Part shown: one piece after another, positions 17,496 through 27,790 of the stretch
How positions within the stretch are numbered: position 1 is the first letter of the stretch
How the letters are laid out: each line of letters starts with the position of its first letter
IMG/VR virus record: IMGVR_UViG_3300032040_000005
Coordinates: 1 to 64,000 of that record
DNA length: 64,000 nt
DNA from: a virus
Lineage: Duplodnaviria > Caudoviricetes
Direction: 5' to 3' (one strand)
Notes under the pieces: generated by a model
The model's database searches: none
Told to the model about the DNA's origin: nothing
The model's input: only the letters and a program-made list of their open reading frames with translations
Translations under genes and position numbers: made by a program

Positions 17496-18680
17496 TCACA
17501 TCGGTGCAGAGGTCTTAGCTACTGCAATGCGTTCACCGCGTTCCAGCAGGAAGCCGTAGTACCACTTGATGGACATGAAGCCAGTCTCGCCGTAAGGGTC
17601 GATGGCATAGGACTCAGAGGAACCAGGAGCAGCGTGCTTGATCTTGAACTTCACGGTCTTACCATCGGTCTGGAAACCAATAGTGGAGAAGGAAGCATCA
17701 CCGACAACCAGCATGGGAAACACGTCGAAGTTGCCGCCTGTGGCAAAGTGAGTGGTGTTACCAGTATCAACAGCACCGGCACCTTCCCACTTCATCATCT
17801 CGGGTACGACAACGATGCGGAACTTACCAACCGTACCTATCTCACCGTTCAACACAGTGCCACCAGCGGCGTACTTCTCAACGGAAGTGAACGCGGCGAC
17901 ACCGTGCAAATCGACCATGCCTTCAATCATGAGCTGAAGTTCTGAGCCAATGTACATAACGCGGCCACCAGGCAGAGTCTTGGTATCCACAAGACGGGTG
18001 CCTGTGATTACTTTGGTCTGCTTAGGGGTACGGTTGTTGTCCAGATCAATGGACAGACGCAACAGATCGGTGTAGTCAATTTCTGACGTACCATCAATCT
18101 CAATATCATCAGTGGCGGTACCACCGAACTTGATAACACCAGGGGAGTTCAGCAGGTCGATTTGCAAAGCATCCTCTGTGACCTCGTTTGCACCACTCAA
18201 CATTTCACGGTTGATGTGCATCTGAAGATCAGCGTCAGAATCAAAATCAACGGATTCCTGGCTGTACTCATCGAAGAAACCAAATTTCGCAATGGTGCCT
18301 TCGATCTCGACACGTTTGAAACCAACACGGTTAACACGGCCACCGGTTTCAGACAGCACAGGCATCTTGCCCGCAATGGTGCCTACGTCTTTGCTGGAAC
18401 CATAAAGGTTACCATTAGCAATGACGGCACCAGAGGCATCAATACCCTGGTCGTTGATGTTGGCATCGTCCAGCATCGGCAAGTAGTGATACTTACGCAT
18501 GGTTTTACCCATGTTCTTAGGCATGGACACGGTGTTTGCCAACTGGCCGAAGTATTGTTCTTTCCGCATCTCAATAAGAGCTTTCTTATTGTATGAATCA
18601 ATACGGATCTGGGAACCAACGCCGGATTCTACTGCACCATCACCTTTTACATTACCTGGATCGTTATAAGTACGTGACAT
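17496..18680 (-). CDS. major capsid protein (N4 gp56-like)
   Basis: 394 aa; KKALIE...EQYFGQLA...MPKNMGK and DPYGETGFMSIKWYYG motifs. Confidence 0.93.
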   Translation of the reverse strand: MSRTYNDPGNVKGDGAVESGVGSQIRIDSYNKKALIEMRKEQYFGQLANTVSMPKNMGKTMRKYHYLPMLDDANINDQGIDASGAVIANGNLYGSSKDVGTIAGKMPVLSETGGRVNRVGFKRVEIEGTIAKFGFFDEYSQESVDFDSDADLQMHINREMLSGANEVTEDALQIDLLNSPGVIKFGGTATDDIEIDGTSEIDYTDLLRLSIDLDNNRTPKQTKVITGTRLVDTKTLPGGRVMYIGSELQLMIEGMVDLHGVAAFTSVEKYAAGGTVLNGEIGTVGKFRIVVVPEMMKWEGAGAVDTGNTTHFATGGNFDVFPMLVVGDASFSTIGFQTDGKTVKFKIKHAAPGSSESYAIDPYGETGFMSIKWYYGFLLERGERIAVAKTSAPM

Positions 18681-18695
18681 AAGTTAAACCTTTTC

Positions 18696-19880
18696 TTACA
18701 GGAATTTATCATTAAACTCCGCCTCAAACTGTTCATCTGACATACCCAAAGGGTCATAATCTTCTGAAGAATTTTTAGCAGGTTTGTTGCGTGTGGAGCT
18801 TGCAGCTCGCTTTTTATCTTTGAGTTTTGGATCAACTTTGGCCTTACTCTTGGTAACCACTTTCGGGGCGGGTGCCTTTGAATCCTGTTTTACCAGGTCA
18901 TTCAATTGGCCGCCCTCACTCATGGAATAACCAACTTGGTGATAGGCTTCGATGTCCGACAACTCTCCTAAGCGACCAAACGTGCGTTGTTTCTCAACCT
19001 CGGCAATGACACGCGCATACACACCACTGGCCATGTGTGTGTTAATCGTTTCAAGCGCCGTTGGGTTATTAGCAACATGTTGTTTGCTGGCTTCGTCCCA
19101 CTTATTGCTGACAACATCAATGGTTTCTGTATATGTAGGCGTGTCCTGGATTCTCTCCAGCACCTCATCCAGAACCATCTCACGATCATCCACAGTGTAA
19201 GTTTCGGGTTTGTATTCACTTTCACTTTCAGCATCAAAATCAAACGTATCAATGCCGGAGTCTTTAACCAGTTTCTGAATCGCGCCTTTATCACCTTTGT
19301 GTAGGTCGATCAAGAAACTGAGTTTGTCATCCCCAAGAAGTCCGTTGTTCTCAAGGAGTTTCAAAGTCTTCATAGACGGTTTAAGTGCAGACATCTTCTT
19401 GTTGTAGTTGGCACCCATCTGCATAAGCTGACGGGCTTCGTCTACTGTCTGTACTTTCATCTCTTTACCATTAGCTTTGAACGGTGCTAACAGCTTTCCA
19501 TATTCACTTTCAAAATCGACAGTCTCTGATTCTTTATCCGCATCAGATTCCCCGGCCTCTTCTTCTGAGCCAGGATCTGAATCATCACCGGCATCGTCGT
19601 CTTCATCCTGGTCAGTGTCAGCCGCATCATCTTCTTCAGTTTCATCGGCATCATCAGAGTCTGTATTTGTTTCTTCTTCTACATCAACAGACTCGTCTGC
19701 CTCTGCCTCCGGCTCGGCAGTCTCATCTGTTGCATAATCTTCTTGGGTGTCGGTATCAGAGTCTTCACCCACAAAGGCTTGTTCGTACTCGGCTGGATCG
19801 TATTCCGCAAAGGCTTCATCGGACATGGCCAGAGGGTCGCGTACTTCCGTCCGGTCATTGGTCGTGGTGGTTACACTCAT
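18696..19880 (-). CDS. acidic scaffold-like protein (N4 gp57-like)
   Basis: 394 aa, very Asp/Glu-rich N-terminus, PFKANGKEMKV...QMGANY motif; upstream of MCP. Confidence 0.8.
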   Translation of the reverse strand: MSVTTTTNDRTEVRDPLAMSDEAFAEYDPAEYEQAFVGEDSDTDTQEDYATDETAEPEAEADESVDVEEETNTDSDDADETEEDDAADTDQDEDDDAGDDSDPGSEEEAGESDADKESETVDFESEYGKLLAPFKANGKEMKVQTVDEARQLMQMGANYNKKMSALKPSMKTLKLLENNGLLGDDKLSFLIDLHKGDKGAIQKLVKDSGIDTFDFDAESESEYKPETYTVDDREMVLDEVLERIQDTPTYTETIDVVSNKWDEASKQHVANNPTALETINTHMASGVYARVIAEVEKQRTFGRLGELSDIEAYHQVGYSMSEGGQLNDLVKQDSKAPAPKVVTKSKAKVDPKLKDKKRAASSTRNKPAKNSSEDYDPLGMSDEQFEAEFNDKFL

Positions 19881-20221
19881 GCGTCATCTCCATCACGGCG
19901 AATGGCATCAATGTCTGCTTCCGATTCAGCAATAGCTTCTTTAGCCATTTCCGCTTTACGACCAATCTCATTAAGAAACTGGGTAAACGAGCCAATAGCG
20001 TCAATGTCCCGCAAGATACGTTCTTGCACTTGTGGCGATTGTGTATTCCCATCTGCCTTTGCATGAACAAGACGAACGGCTTCAGCACTTAGATACTGAT
20101 CAACGACCAGCTTTTTAAAGTCACGGTTCTTTTCAAGACGCCCGAGAGCTTTAGCCAAATCTACCATGTCGTTAAGTTCTTTAATGTTCAGCTCAAGTTC
20201 AACAATGTCGTTATGGCTCAT
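19877..20221 (-). CDS. N4 gp58-like protein
   Basis: 114 aa coiled coil with LEKNRDFKKLV motif; synteny. Confidence 0.75.
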   Translation of the reverse strand: MSHNDIVELELNIKELNDMVDLAKALGRLEKNRDFKKLVVDQYLSAEAVRLVHAKADGNTQSPQVQERILRDIDAIGSFTQFLNEIGRKAEMAKEAIAESEADIDAIRRDGDDA

Positions 20222-20306
20222 AATAAATCCAGTTCCTTTAAATTAAGTACAGTAGTTATCAAGACACGAAGATAATGAATTAAAAAACAAAATATCCATT
20301 TATTTA

Positions 20307-22451
20307 TTAACTAACCTTATCAAAGAACGATTTAATGTCTTTAGAACGTTCAGCATCACGTTTCAAGTTGTATTCGAGAACCTTAGTTCTACCTTGTGCT
20401 TCAGCTTGTTCACCTTGCTTTTCTAAATCACGTTCTTGCTTAACACCGGACTCTTGCTCTACGTAATCCAGGTTCTTCTGGTCTGTATCACTTTGCTTAT
20501 TAGCCGCACTAGCTTGACTTGTTTCGGCATCAGCATAGTTTTCAACAGTGCGTGATTTGATCTCTTCGATCTCAGCCATTAACTTTTGTACTTCAAGTTC
20601 CTGAAGCTTTTGTGCCATCGGATCTGGTTTAGGTTCAAAGGTTTCAATCTTATGAGCTAGTGTCGGCATCTTACGAAGTGTGCTGATCTCAGCAAGTATG
20701 ATCTTACGCAACTCGGGATCTTCACTGGGGCCTAACGTCTGCAACATGAATGCAAGTTCGCTGGCTTTCTTTTCATCTTCTTCTGCGGTGGATATAGTGA
20801 TCTTCAGGTCATACTCACCTTTCAGCTCACCTTGCCTAATAGAAACAAACTCGTCGTTGGTAACACGGACTACTTGTTCTTCTTCCATGAACTCACTGTT
20901 CATTGAGATGAACTTCTTACCGATTTCAACAAGTCCCGCAGACAAACGACGAAGTATCCCCATCTCACGTTTAGAAGACGCTTCGAGTGCACCACGTACA
21001 CCCGCCGCTACATCACCAAAGGACGCACCCGATACACCCTGGTCATAGGACTTCACACCGGTAAGGGATTCAGCTTCCTGGTTCTGTTGTTGCAGCATGT
21101 ACATGGCGCTGTTGGGAATCTCAGGGAACGTATGCATATACATACCCTGGCGGGGATCTACGTTTTGGTTGAACTCGTAATCCTGACCCTTTTTCCACCG
21201 GCGTTTGTTTACAACATCCAAAGCGTCTTTACGCATACCCTGCTGACCATTAGCAGAGCGACCCATAATGTCGATCATGCCTCGGGTAACTGCGCCCAAT
21301 ACTTTCTGGTTCTCTTCCAGCAAGGCACCGTCAGGTTCGCCATGAATAGACTTGCGTTTAGGAAGGTAGGAAACAGTAATGAAAGGAATCTGTTGATCTG
21401 GGAAAGGGTTTTCTTCCATGCGGATAAGCGTGTCACCTACCCAGGCTGCTACTATAGGCTTAACAACACCACTACCATCAATATCCCAAAATCCCCAATA
21501 CTCATAAACGACAATCCTCTTACGGGCCTCATCGTTAAAACGAAAGCTACTGTCATCGTTTGATCCGTGATCTGGTTCTGCCAATGGTGAATGCGACGAA
21601 ACATTGATCTTATCGAGGTTTGAATATTTTCCATCTTTCTCAAGCTCCGACATAGAAGATTCAAAGTTGTAAATCACAAACGCTGCTTTCTTAATGTCAC
21701 CATTACAGGTCGGGTCGATAATTACATTGCGGTAGTCACACACTTCAACAAACGGTTGGTTCTTAACAGTACGAGTACGGGTTTCTTCTGCGTACCCTGT
21801 AATGTCAGGACGAACAGGCTGTCCATTTTCTAACGTAAGGTCATGAGCATCTCGGAGTTCTTCGGGGACATCGTTGTAATACTCGCTGGGGTTCTCTGCC
21901 TTCATCTGAGCCAGTTCTTTGTGCAATGCAGCAGCTTCTGGATCAACGACAAACGTTACCTGTGGAAATACATCGGTATACTCTTCTTCTTCAAAGTCCC
22001 AACCAGTACGGCAAATGATAGTGCCTTCGTCCACACCGGTACGCACGTACTCATCAATGAATTTTACTTTATCAATGACAGTACGGAACTGGCTGTTCAA
22101 CAGTACCTGGTTCTGCCTTGCCCCTTCCTTGTCTTCCCACGTAACAGGGGCGACATCAAATAGATCATCGGTACTGAGATACGGTTCTGACAACGCAGCG
22201 TATCGCCACTCTGCTTGTTTGCGAATCAACTTAGGAACAAGTTGTGAACGTCCCTCCGGTGATTTAACCTTCGCTGAACCTTCGATATTCAGATTGTCCA
22301 AATAGGTCTTTACCTTGGACACTTGAGTATCATGATCATTACGTGCTTCTGTTAGGTCTGCTTTCAGATCACGTACTGTGGGTTCCTTCTTCCACTTAGT
22401 AAGAGGCTTGTGTTCAATACCATCATCAACCCGCTGATCATCTTCAGTCAT
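20307..22451 (-). CDS. portal protein (N4 gp59-like)
   Basis: 714 aa; LIRKQAEWRYAALSEP and VYEYWG motifs; synteny. Confidence 0.92.
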   Translation of the reverse strand: MTEDDQRVDDGIEHKPLTKWKKEPTVRDLKADLTEARNDHDTQVSKVKTYLDNLNIEGSAKVKSPEGRSQLVPKLIRKQAEWRYAALSEPYLSTDDLFDVAPVTWEDKEGARQNQVLLNSQFRTVIDKVKFIDEYVRTGVDEGTIICRTGWDFEEEEYTDVFPQVTFVVDPEAAALHKELAQMKAENPSEYYNDVPEELRDAHDLTLENGQPVRPDITGYAEETRTRTVKNQPFVEVCDYRNVIIDPTCNGDIKKAAFVIYNFESSMSELEKDGKYSNLDKINVSSHSPLAEPDHGSNDDSSFRFNDEARKRIVVYEYWGFWDIDGSGVVKPIVAAWVGDTLIRMEENPFPDQQIPFITVSYLPKRKSIHGEPDGALLEENQKVLGAVTRGMIDIMGRSANGQQGMRKDALDVVNKRRWKKGQDYEFNQNVDPRQGMYMHTFPEIPNSAMYMLQQQNQEAESLTGVKSYDQGVSGASFGDVAAGVRGALEASSKREMGILRRLSAGLVEIGKKFISMNSEFMEEEQVVRVTNDEFVSIRQGELKGEYDLKITISTAEEDEKKASELAFMLQTLGPSEDPELRKIILAEISTLRKMPTLAHKIETFEPKPDPMAQKLQELEVQKLMAEIEEIKSRTVENYADAETSQASAANKQSDTDQKNLDYVEQESGVKQERDLEKQGEQAEAQGRTKVLEYNLKRDAERSKDIKSFFDKVS

Positions 22452-22517
22452 TAAGAATAGTCCCTATGTCATGTACAATTGTGTATATGGTAAGTAAATA
22501 AAATAAGGAGTGTTGAA

Positions 22518-22946
22518 ATGAATATCGTACCCATGCACAAAGATTTTAAGTTACCCACTAAGTCGTCCACCAAAGCAGGGGCGTATGATTTGTATATGCC
22601 TGATGGCGGTAAACTCTATAACCAGGCACCCAATGGTATGATGTGTGGGCTAGGCTTTGCAGCGGCGGTTCCTGATGGACATGTAGCACTGTTGTTACCG
22701 CGATCAGGTAAAGGTGCTAAAGATGGTTTATCTTTGAATAATACGGCGGGTGTTATTGACCCTGATTACACGGGCGAATGGGTTGTGTACCTTCGTAACC
22801 GTAATATGCGACCCTTTACATGGGAAGCAGGTGAACGATTGATCCAGATGCTCATTGTTAAAACAGAAGAAGTGGACTTCAACATCGTTGATAGTCTTAA
22901 CCCAACCGAACGCGGCCAAGGCGGCTTTGGTTCAACAGGAGAGTAA
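22518..22946 (+). CDS. dut: dUTPase (trimeric)
   Basis: AGAYDL, PRSG, GVIDPDYTGE and RGQGGFGSTG motifs. Confidence 0.95.
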   Translation: MNIVPMHKDFKLPTKSSTKAGAYDLYMPDGGKLYNQAPNGMMCGLGFAAAVPDGHVALLLPRSGKGAKDGLSLNNTAGVIDPDYTGEWVVYLRNRNMRPFTWEAGERLIQMLIVKTEEVDFNIVDSLNPTERGQGGFGSTGE

Positions 22947-22948
22947 GT

Positions 22949-23185
22949 ATGGAAGGTTTTACAGAGTACGAAAGCAAACCCGTTACACGTACGGCTTATC
23001 GGGTTAAGCCTAATGACACTATATTCTTTAATAGGGATTCTACTTTCACAATTGATGTGGGAGGTGGGCTGGTCACCTTCAAGGCACATGAAAACGTATT
23101 CCCAGGGGATTTCATCATCTATCTATCAGATGATGACATTTACCATTGCCGTGAAGCCGTTTTCCTAGACAGGAACTTTGTGTAA
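22949..23185 (+). CDS. hypothetical protein
   Basis: 78 aa coupled to dut; GDFIIYLSDDDIYHC motif. Confidence 0.7.
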   Translation: MEGFTEYESKPVTRTAYRVKPNDTIFFNRDSTFTIDVGGGLVTFKAHENVFPGDFIIYLSDDDIYHCREAVFLDRNFV

Positions 23186-23220
23186 TACGGGGTGGCCCCG
23201 CTAGGGGCCGTCCCGTATTA
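23183..23220. terminator. bidirectional terminator-like hairpin
   Basis: TAATACGGG..GGCCCC-GCTA-GGGGCC..CCCGTATTA between convergent genes. Confidence 0.7.
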
Positions 23221-23871
23221 CACCCAACCACGTTCACTGAAACGATCCACAGTCTCAGTCTGATCTATCCCATACCCTGCCTGCTCCAACTTCTGACACG
23301 CCAGCTCGTACTTGGAGGCGTAGTTGTTGCCTGTGTGGAACGCACTCTCCATACCTACTGGGTTCAACACACGACTGGCCATGTACATAATCAATGGCTC
23401 CAGGTGCGTGTACGGCAGATCCACCTCAACCTGTTGTGGCAACTTGTACTTATTCATGGAACCAAGAAGTGCATGGTTCGCACGGTAGAACACCTGTAGC
23501 ACCGGTGATTCGAGATCCCCATACAACGTGACGGGCACATCGAGCGTCCTGTAATCAGGCGTGTGCAGCGACTCAGGCTCATTGAGGACGTTTATCACAT
23601 ACTCGTTATCCGTCAGGTCACGTACTGACTCGATACGCAGCAGGTCTTCTGCCTCGATACGGTAGCTCCGCTGACCCTCTACCAAGTTCAGGACTGTCAT
23701 ACGCTCTTTCAGGTGAAACCGTGTGTGCAGTGCTGTGAGGCCCATATTCGCGTGGGTTATCAGCATGCCCTTGCGGCTCTCATCCAAAGGCTCACCATTA
23801 CTGGTATCACCCATGTAGACGGTACGCAGTTCACCATGACTCAGTTGGTCAATAACATTCTGTAGATTCAT
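23218..23871 (-). CDS. virion adaptor protein (N4 gp67-like)
   Basis: 217 aa; LSHGEL...LHTRFHLKE and FSERGWV motifs; follows terL. Confidence 0.8.
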   Translation of the reverse strand: MNLQNVIDQLSHGELRTVYMGDTSNGEPLDESRKGMLITHANMGLTALHTRFHLKERMTVLNLVEGQRSYRIEAEDLLRIESVRDLTDNEYVINVLNEPESLHTPDYRTLDVPVTLYGDLESPVLQVFYRANHALLGSMNKYKLPQQVEVDLPYTHLEPLIMYMASRVLNPVGMESAFHTGNNYASKYELACQKLEQAGYGIDQTETVDRFSERGWV

Positions 23872-23885
23872 AACGGTTTCCTTTA

Positions 23886-26800
23886 TTAAACAATGTAAGA
23901 GGACATGCGGGAATCTTCTTCCTCGTCATCATCCACTTCCCATAAACCACTTCCATCGCGGTCTGACAGGTCGCCTGTCTCAGTAGGCTTCCACGCTGTT
24001 AGTAGAGGCAACATACTGATTGTGTCTATAAAGTCATCGTGTTTGGATCGGAAACCCCCTTTGGACGCCAGCGATATTTCGTTCATGCATTCAATCAGTT
24101 CAGGAGAAGCTTTTTTCTCGATAGGGAAAAAGATCTTGTTCATCTTGAATTGCGGAACAATCACGTTGAAGCGTTCCAGCTTATTGGTGGTGGGACGTAA
24201 CCCAGGCTTACCGTTGTTGTTCTCGGACACCAGCGGGAAGTACACGTTGCGACGCATCATTTCATTCATGATCCAGGGTATGAAACCGCCCTGCTGACCA
24301 CTGACCTCAATACCCACACCCTGGGGCCGGTACTCCTGAGCCAGTCTGAACAGATCGTTCACGTTCTTGTCCATAAGCTGGCGCTTACAGATCCCATCTA
24401 CCCACAACCAGTCACCGTTGTTGTTGTAGGCCCACACACTGATCACAGAGTAATCCGACTTCTCGGACTCACTGGTTGCAAAGTCGGTGGTGATGTAGAA
24501 GTTGAAGACATTCTTGTTGTTCAGGATGTTGCGGAGTGAGTACCACATGATCTCGCTGTCTTGAACCAGTCGATCCTCTTCCGACATGATCCGCAGCATA
24601 AGCTCCTGGTTAAAGGTCTCAACGCTGCCCTCAAGCACCGCCATGTCATACGCGGCCTTCACATACTCGTAAGGGAAACGGTCTGGCCAGCTACCCCGGA
24701 ACTCTTCCTTGGTGCAGGGGAACTGCTCACACACGGGAAACACGTTGACCTGCCAGGCACCGGACTCAACCGCTTTGTACAACGGATCTTTCGCGTTGAA
24801 CGCCGTACCGGACCAGATGATCATGTTCAGCGTGGGATGCAGTGCGTAGGTCACCGCTTTCTTAACCGTGTCCTCTACGGCACCTATGACCGTTGCAGAG
24901 CGTGCATCTTCATCCGATATTAAGTCATCCAGCACCGCTAACCCTGGCCGTATGCCCATCTCTTTGGCACCACGTACACCGGTATTGTGGGTACGGAAGT
25001 ATTCCCCGGTAAGGAACTGACGCTCTTCATTATCTACCGCAATACACTGACTGGGTTCATCAGCAATGCGTGTGATTGACGCAACCGCTACTTTGTCACC
25101 TTTACGATCAAAGCGTTGTCTATCACGCTTACGGGGTAGACGGAACATGTCTTCATTAAGCCATATCTCCGTACAGAAAGGCTTTTTACACCGTTGTGCG
25201 GTGGCACCGAGAGAACGTACTAGACGTTCCGTATCTGCAAGGAGTCGTGGTGACACACTACAGAAATTGGTGCGACCTGATTTGCATACGGTCCCATCCG
25301 TATCCATAAGCCCTTGAAGCAACGCCTGGCGTTGCTCAATGGAACCACGAAAGTAGACTTCGGGAATGAACTTATCGTTACCGTGTACACCCAGATCCAT
25401 TGCCTTGAGTGCTGGGCCTAGTCTTCGGATGGATTGTGTCCACGTATTCGGATTACGCGTGTCAAACCGGCCCTTACCAAACTCGTAAGGGATGTGTTGC
25501 TGGTAGGTCGGCAGGTCGTCGATGTGGGTTGTTAATTCAACCGAGCATGAAGGCTTCTGAATACGACCGTCGCCAAGAACCACGCCCAATGTATAAGGAT
25601 CAACTGGTAGCACTTTTTCCGTGTAGTCCAGTGGCTGAGCATTCTTGACAAAGACCAGACTCTTGCTGGATGTACCACGGTGGCCCAAGTTACCTTTTTT
25701 AGTGTGGATCAGTGGTTGCTGTAACAACTCCTTGGTGGTGAGATTCTTATCTTCCCACCGTACAGTGTTATTGGGATTGGTATTGATCACTACCGAATTG
25801 ATATGATCTTCGCTGACTTTGATCGAGCGACCATCTACCAACCGCAGTTCGTACATTGGTTTAAGGAATACACCACTCTTTTGCGTGATTGAGGTTAGTT
25901 CACCATCCGCACCAAATATCCGATCACCCACCTGACACTCGCCTATCGTGGTAGTACCCATATCGGTGTACAGGACACTATCCAACGATAGAGCTTTTGC
26001 TCCGTACCCTTTTACAATGAAGACTTGCCCATCACGGTTACGGAACTCCCAACGGGTGTCCGTGAACTTGATCACAGGCAGGTACCTCATCAAGAACTCA
26101 GAGTTGTCCCTACGGAACTCCAGGTTCTTACGCATGTTCTTCACGCCGTTCTCAATGGAGTCTGACACGTAGATAGCCAGCCGTACTTTACCGAAGCCAG
26201 GTATCAAGCTGTACACCGCTATAAACAGGAACAGGTACTCACCCATGACCGTTGTGTTGTGTGTCACTACGTACTCACCCGCTAAGAACGTATACCCAGG
26301 CGAGTTAACGGACAGGCACTGACTCGGTACTTGAGCGATTGGCTCAATAGCCACCAAGGGCACCCGTAACCCACAACTGAAGTGTTGGCGCTCAGCCTTT
26401 CTGGGCAAGCGGAACAACGGTAAGTTCAGGCGTACGTTACACCGGTAGGCGTCATTCATAGGGACAACCTGAGCTGTACCACCCAAGGAAAGAACTAGCT
26501 CACGCACATCCATCGCTAGGCGATACGAGTTAGATGTAAACGCACAACACCCATTCTTATATACCGTACCATCCGTATCCATGAGACCTTGCAAGACTGC
26601 AAGACGCTGCTCGACAGAACCTAGCTTATATATCTCTGGTACGAATTTTTGGTTACCATGGCAAGCCAAGCCTAATGTCTTGAAGTGCTTACCTAGTCCC
26701 AGCAGCCCAACCCGCCCAACAGAAGGAAAGCGCTTGTCCAACAAGATCTTTCCACATTCGGTTGGAATGTGTTTGATCAAATGAGGTAGGTCATCAACAT

Positions 26801-27530
26801 GCCCATGTAGACGGCAAGACCCCACCTTTCGATCCATAGAACCATCGCCAACAGCGAGGCCCAAGGTATAGGGGTCAATTGGAAGCACCTTTTCTGGGTA
26901 GTCGACCGGCCCAGCCAAAGGAATCCAGACACGATTCTCTTTACCCTTTGGATTCTTAGCGGTTTTGTTCCGACTTGTCGTCAGCTTGAGCTTCAGTAAC
27001 TCGGACGTTGTCAGATCTCGGCGATCCAGGTAATTGACTCTTTTTCCTGCCACGCGCTTCTGGCGCTGATGGATCACGGTATTGATATGATCTTCGCTGA
27101 CCTTCAGCATACGCCCGTCTTCAAGAACCAATTGGTACATAGGCTTGTTGAAAACAACACTCTTGGCTGTCACATCGGCGGGCGCACCATCCTCACCAAA
27201 GACTTGTTCGCCCACTTGAATATTTGCAACCGATTTCCAACCAGCAGGCGTCGGCAGCATTGTGTCCCGGGCTAGTGCCTTCGCCATGCCACGGTGGCAC
27301 AGGTTCGCAATCCGTGTACCGCCCTGGTACAGCGTATCGAGCATGTAGTAATGAACCACCGGTGTAAGGTGTTCCTCACCTTCGGAACCGTTCACCAACT
27401 TAATGAACGTCACAAACTCCAATGCGAAGTCACTGGGTACATACCCTGGATTGACTTCATAACTCACAGCATTCAGGTAATCCTCTACCCCCATAATACT
27501 CTTGAACGCATCCGCTACCGGATCAGTCAT
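23886..27530 (-). CDS. terL: terminase large subunit (N4 gp68-like) interrupted by two inteins
   Basis: Walker A CHRGMAK|TT, Walker B LAVLDD, nuclease TTDFA and HDDFIDT; removing 341+337 aa of intein leaves 536 aa. Confidence 0.95.
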   Translation of the reverse strand: MTDPVADAFKSIMGVEDYLNAVSYEVNPGYVPSDFALEFVTFIKLVNGSEGEEHLTPVVHYYMLDTLYQGGTRIANLCHRGMAKALARDTMLPTPAGWKSVANIQVGEQVFGEDGAPADVTAKSVVFNKPMYQLVLEDGRMLKVSEDHINTVIHQRQKRVAGKRVNYLDRRDLTTSELLKLKLTTSRNKTAKNPKGKENRVWIPLAGPVDYPEKVLPIDPYTLGLAVGDGSMDRKVGSCRLHGHVDDLPHLIKHIPTECGKILLDKRFPSVGRVGLLGLGKHFKTLGLACHGNQKFVPEIYKLGSVEQRLAVLQGLMDTDGTVYKNGCCAFTSNSYRLAMDVRELVLSLGGTAQVVPMNDAYRCNVRLNLPLFRLPRKAERQHFSCGLRVPLVAIEPIAQVPSQCLSVNSPGYTFLAGEYVVTHNTTVMGEYLFLFIAVYSLIPGFGKVRLAIYVSDSIENGVKNMRKNLEFRRDNSEFLMRYLPVIKFTDTRWEFRNRDGQVFIVKGYGAKALSLDSVLYTDMGTTTIGECQVGDRIFGADGELTSITQKSGVFLKPMYELRLVDGRSIKVSEDHINSVVINTNPNNTVRWEDKNLTTKELLQQPLIHTKKGNLGHRGTSSKSLVFVKNAQPLDYTEKVLPVDPYTLGVVLGDGRIQKPSCSVELTTHIDDLPTYQQHIPYEFGKGRFDTRNPNTWTQSIRRLGPALKAMDLGVHGNDKFIPEVYFRGSIEQRQALLQGLMDTDGTVCKSGRTNFCSVSPRLLADTERLVRSLGATAQRCKKPFCTEIWLNEDMFRLPRKRDRQRFDRKGDKVAVASITRIADEPSQCIAVDNEERQFLTGEYFRTHNTGVRGAKEMGIRPGLAVLDDLISDEDARSATVIGAVEDTVKKAVTYALHPTLNMIIWSGTAFNAKDPLYKAVESGAWQVNVFPVCEQFPCTKEEFRGSWPDRFPYEYVKAAYDMAVLEGSVETFNQELMLRIMSEEDRLVQDSEIMWYSLRNILNNKNVFNFYITTDFATSESEKSDYSVISVWAYNNNGDWLWVDGICKRQLMDKNVNDLFRLAQEYRPQGVGIEVSGQQGGFIPWIMNEMMRRNVYFPLVSENNNGKPGLRPTTNKLERFNVIVPQFKMNKIFFPIEKKASPELIECMNEISLASKGGFRSKHDDFIDTISMLPLLTAWKPTETGDLSDRDGSGLWEVDDDEEEDSRMSSYIV
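24984..25994 (-). mobile_element. intein 2 with LAGLIDADG endonuclease (337 aa)
   Basis: Inserted at GYGAK|TGVRG; starts ALSLD, ends RTHN, +1 Thr; LGVVLGDG and LQGLMDTDG motifs. Confidence 0.92.
26256..27278 (-). mobile_element. intein 1 with LAGLIDADG endonuclease (341 aa)
   Basis: Inserted in Walker A at RGMAK|TT; starts ALARD, ends VTHN, +1 Thr; LGLAVGDG and LQGLMDTDG motifs. Confidence 0.92.
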
Positions 27531-27790
27531 ACGATCACACCGCGTAAATGGAATGAAGAACCGTTTTGGACGCCATAACCTTTAAGAGGGTGCAACTGCA
27601 TCATTAGACGTTTTAGCATTACTGCGTCTACAGCAGGTTGCACGTTCACATGAATAGGTCTTTTGCCTTCCCACTTAGGTTGAGGGAATACGTTGTAATG
27701 TAAGTTACCCCTAGTGACATTACTGCGTGACCGAACTTTCCCGCTTTCGTATGTCAGAGTGTACGTGTAGGTCTGTTCTTCAGCACTCAT
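27527..27790 (-). CDS. hypothetical protein between terS and terL
   Basis: 87 aa; 4-bp overlaps with both neighbours. Confidence 0.65.
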   Translation of the reverse strand: MSAEEQTYTYTLTYESGKVRSRSNVTRGNLHYNVFPQPKWEGKRPIHVNVQPAVDAVMLKRLMMQLHPLKGYGVQNGSSFHLRGVIV

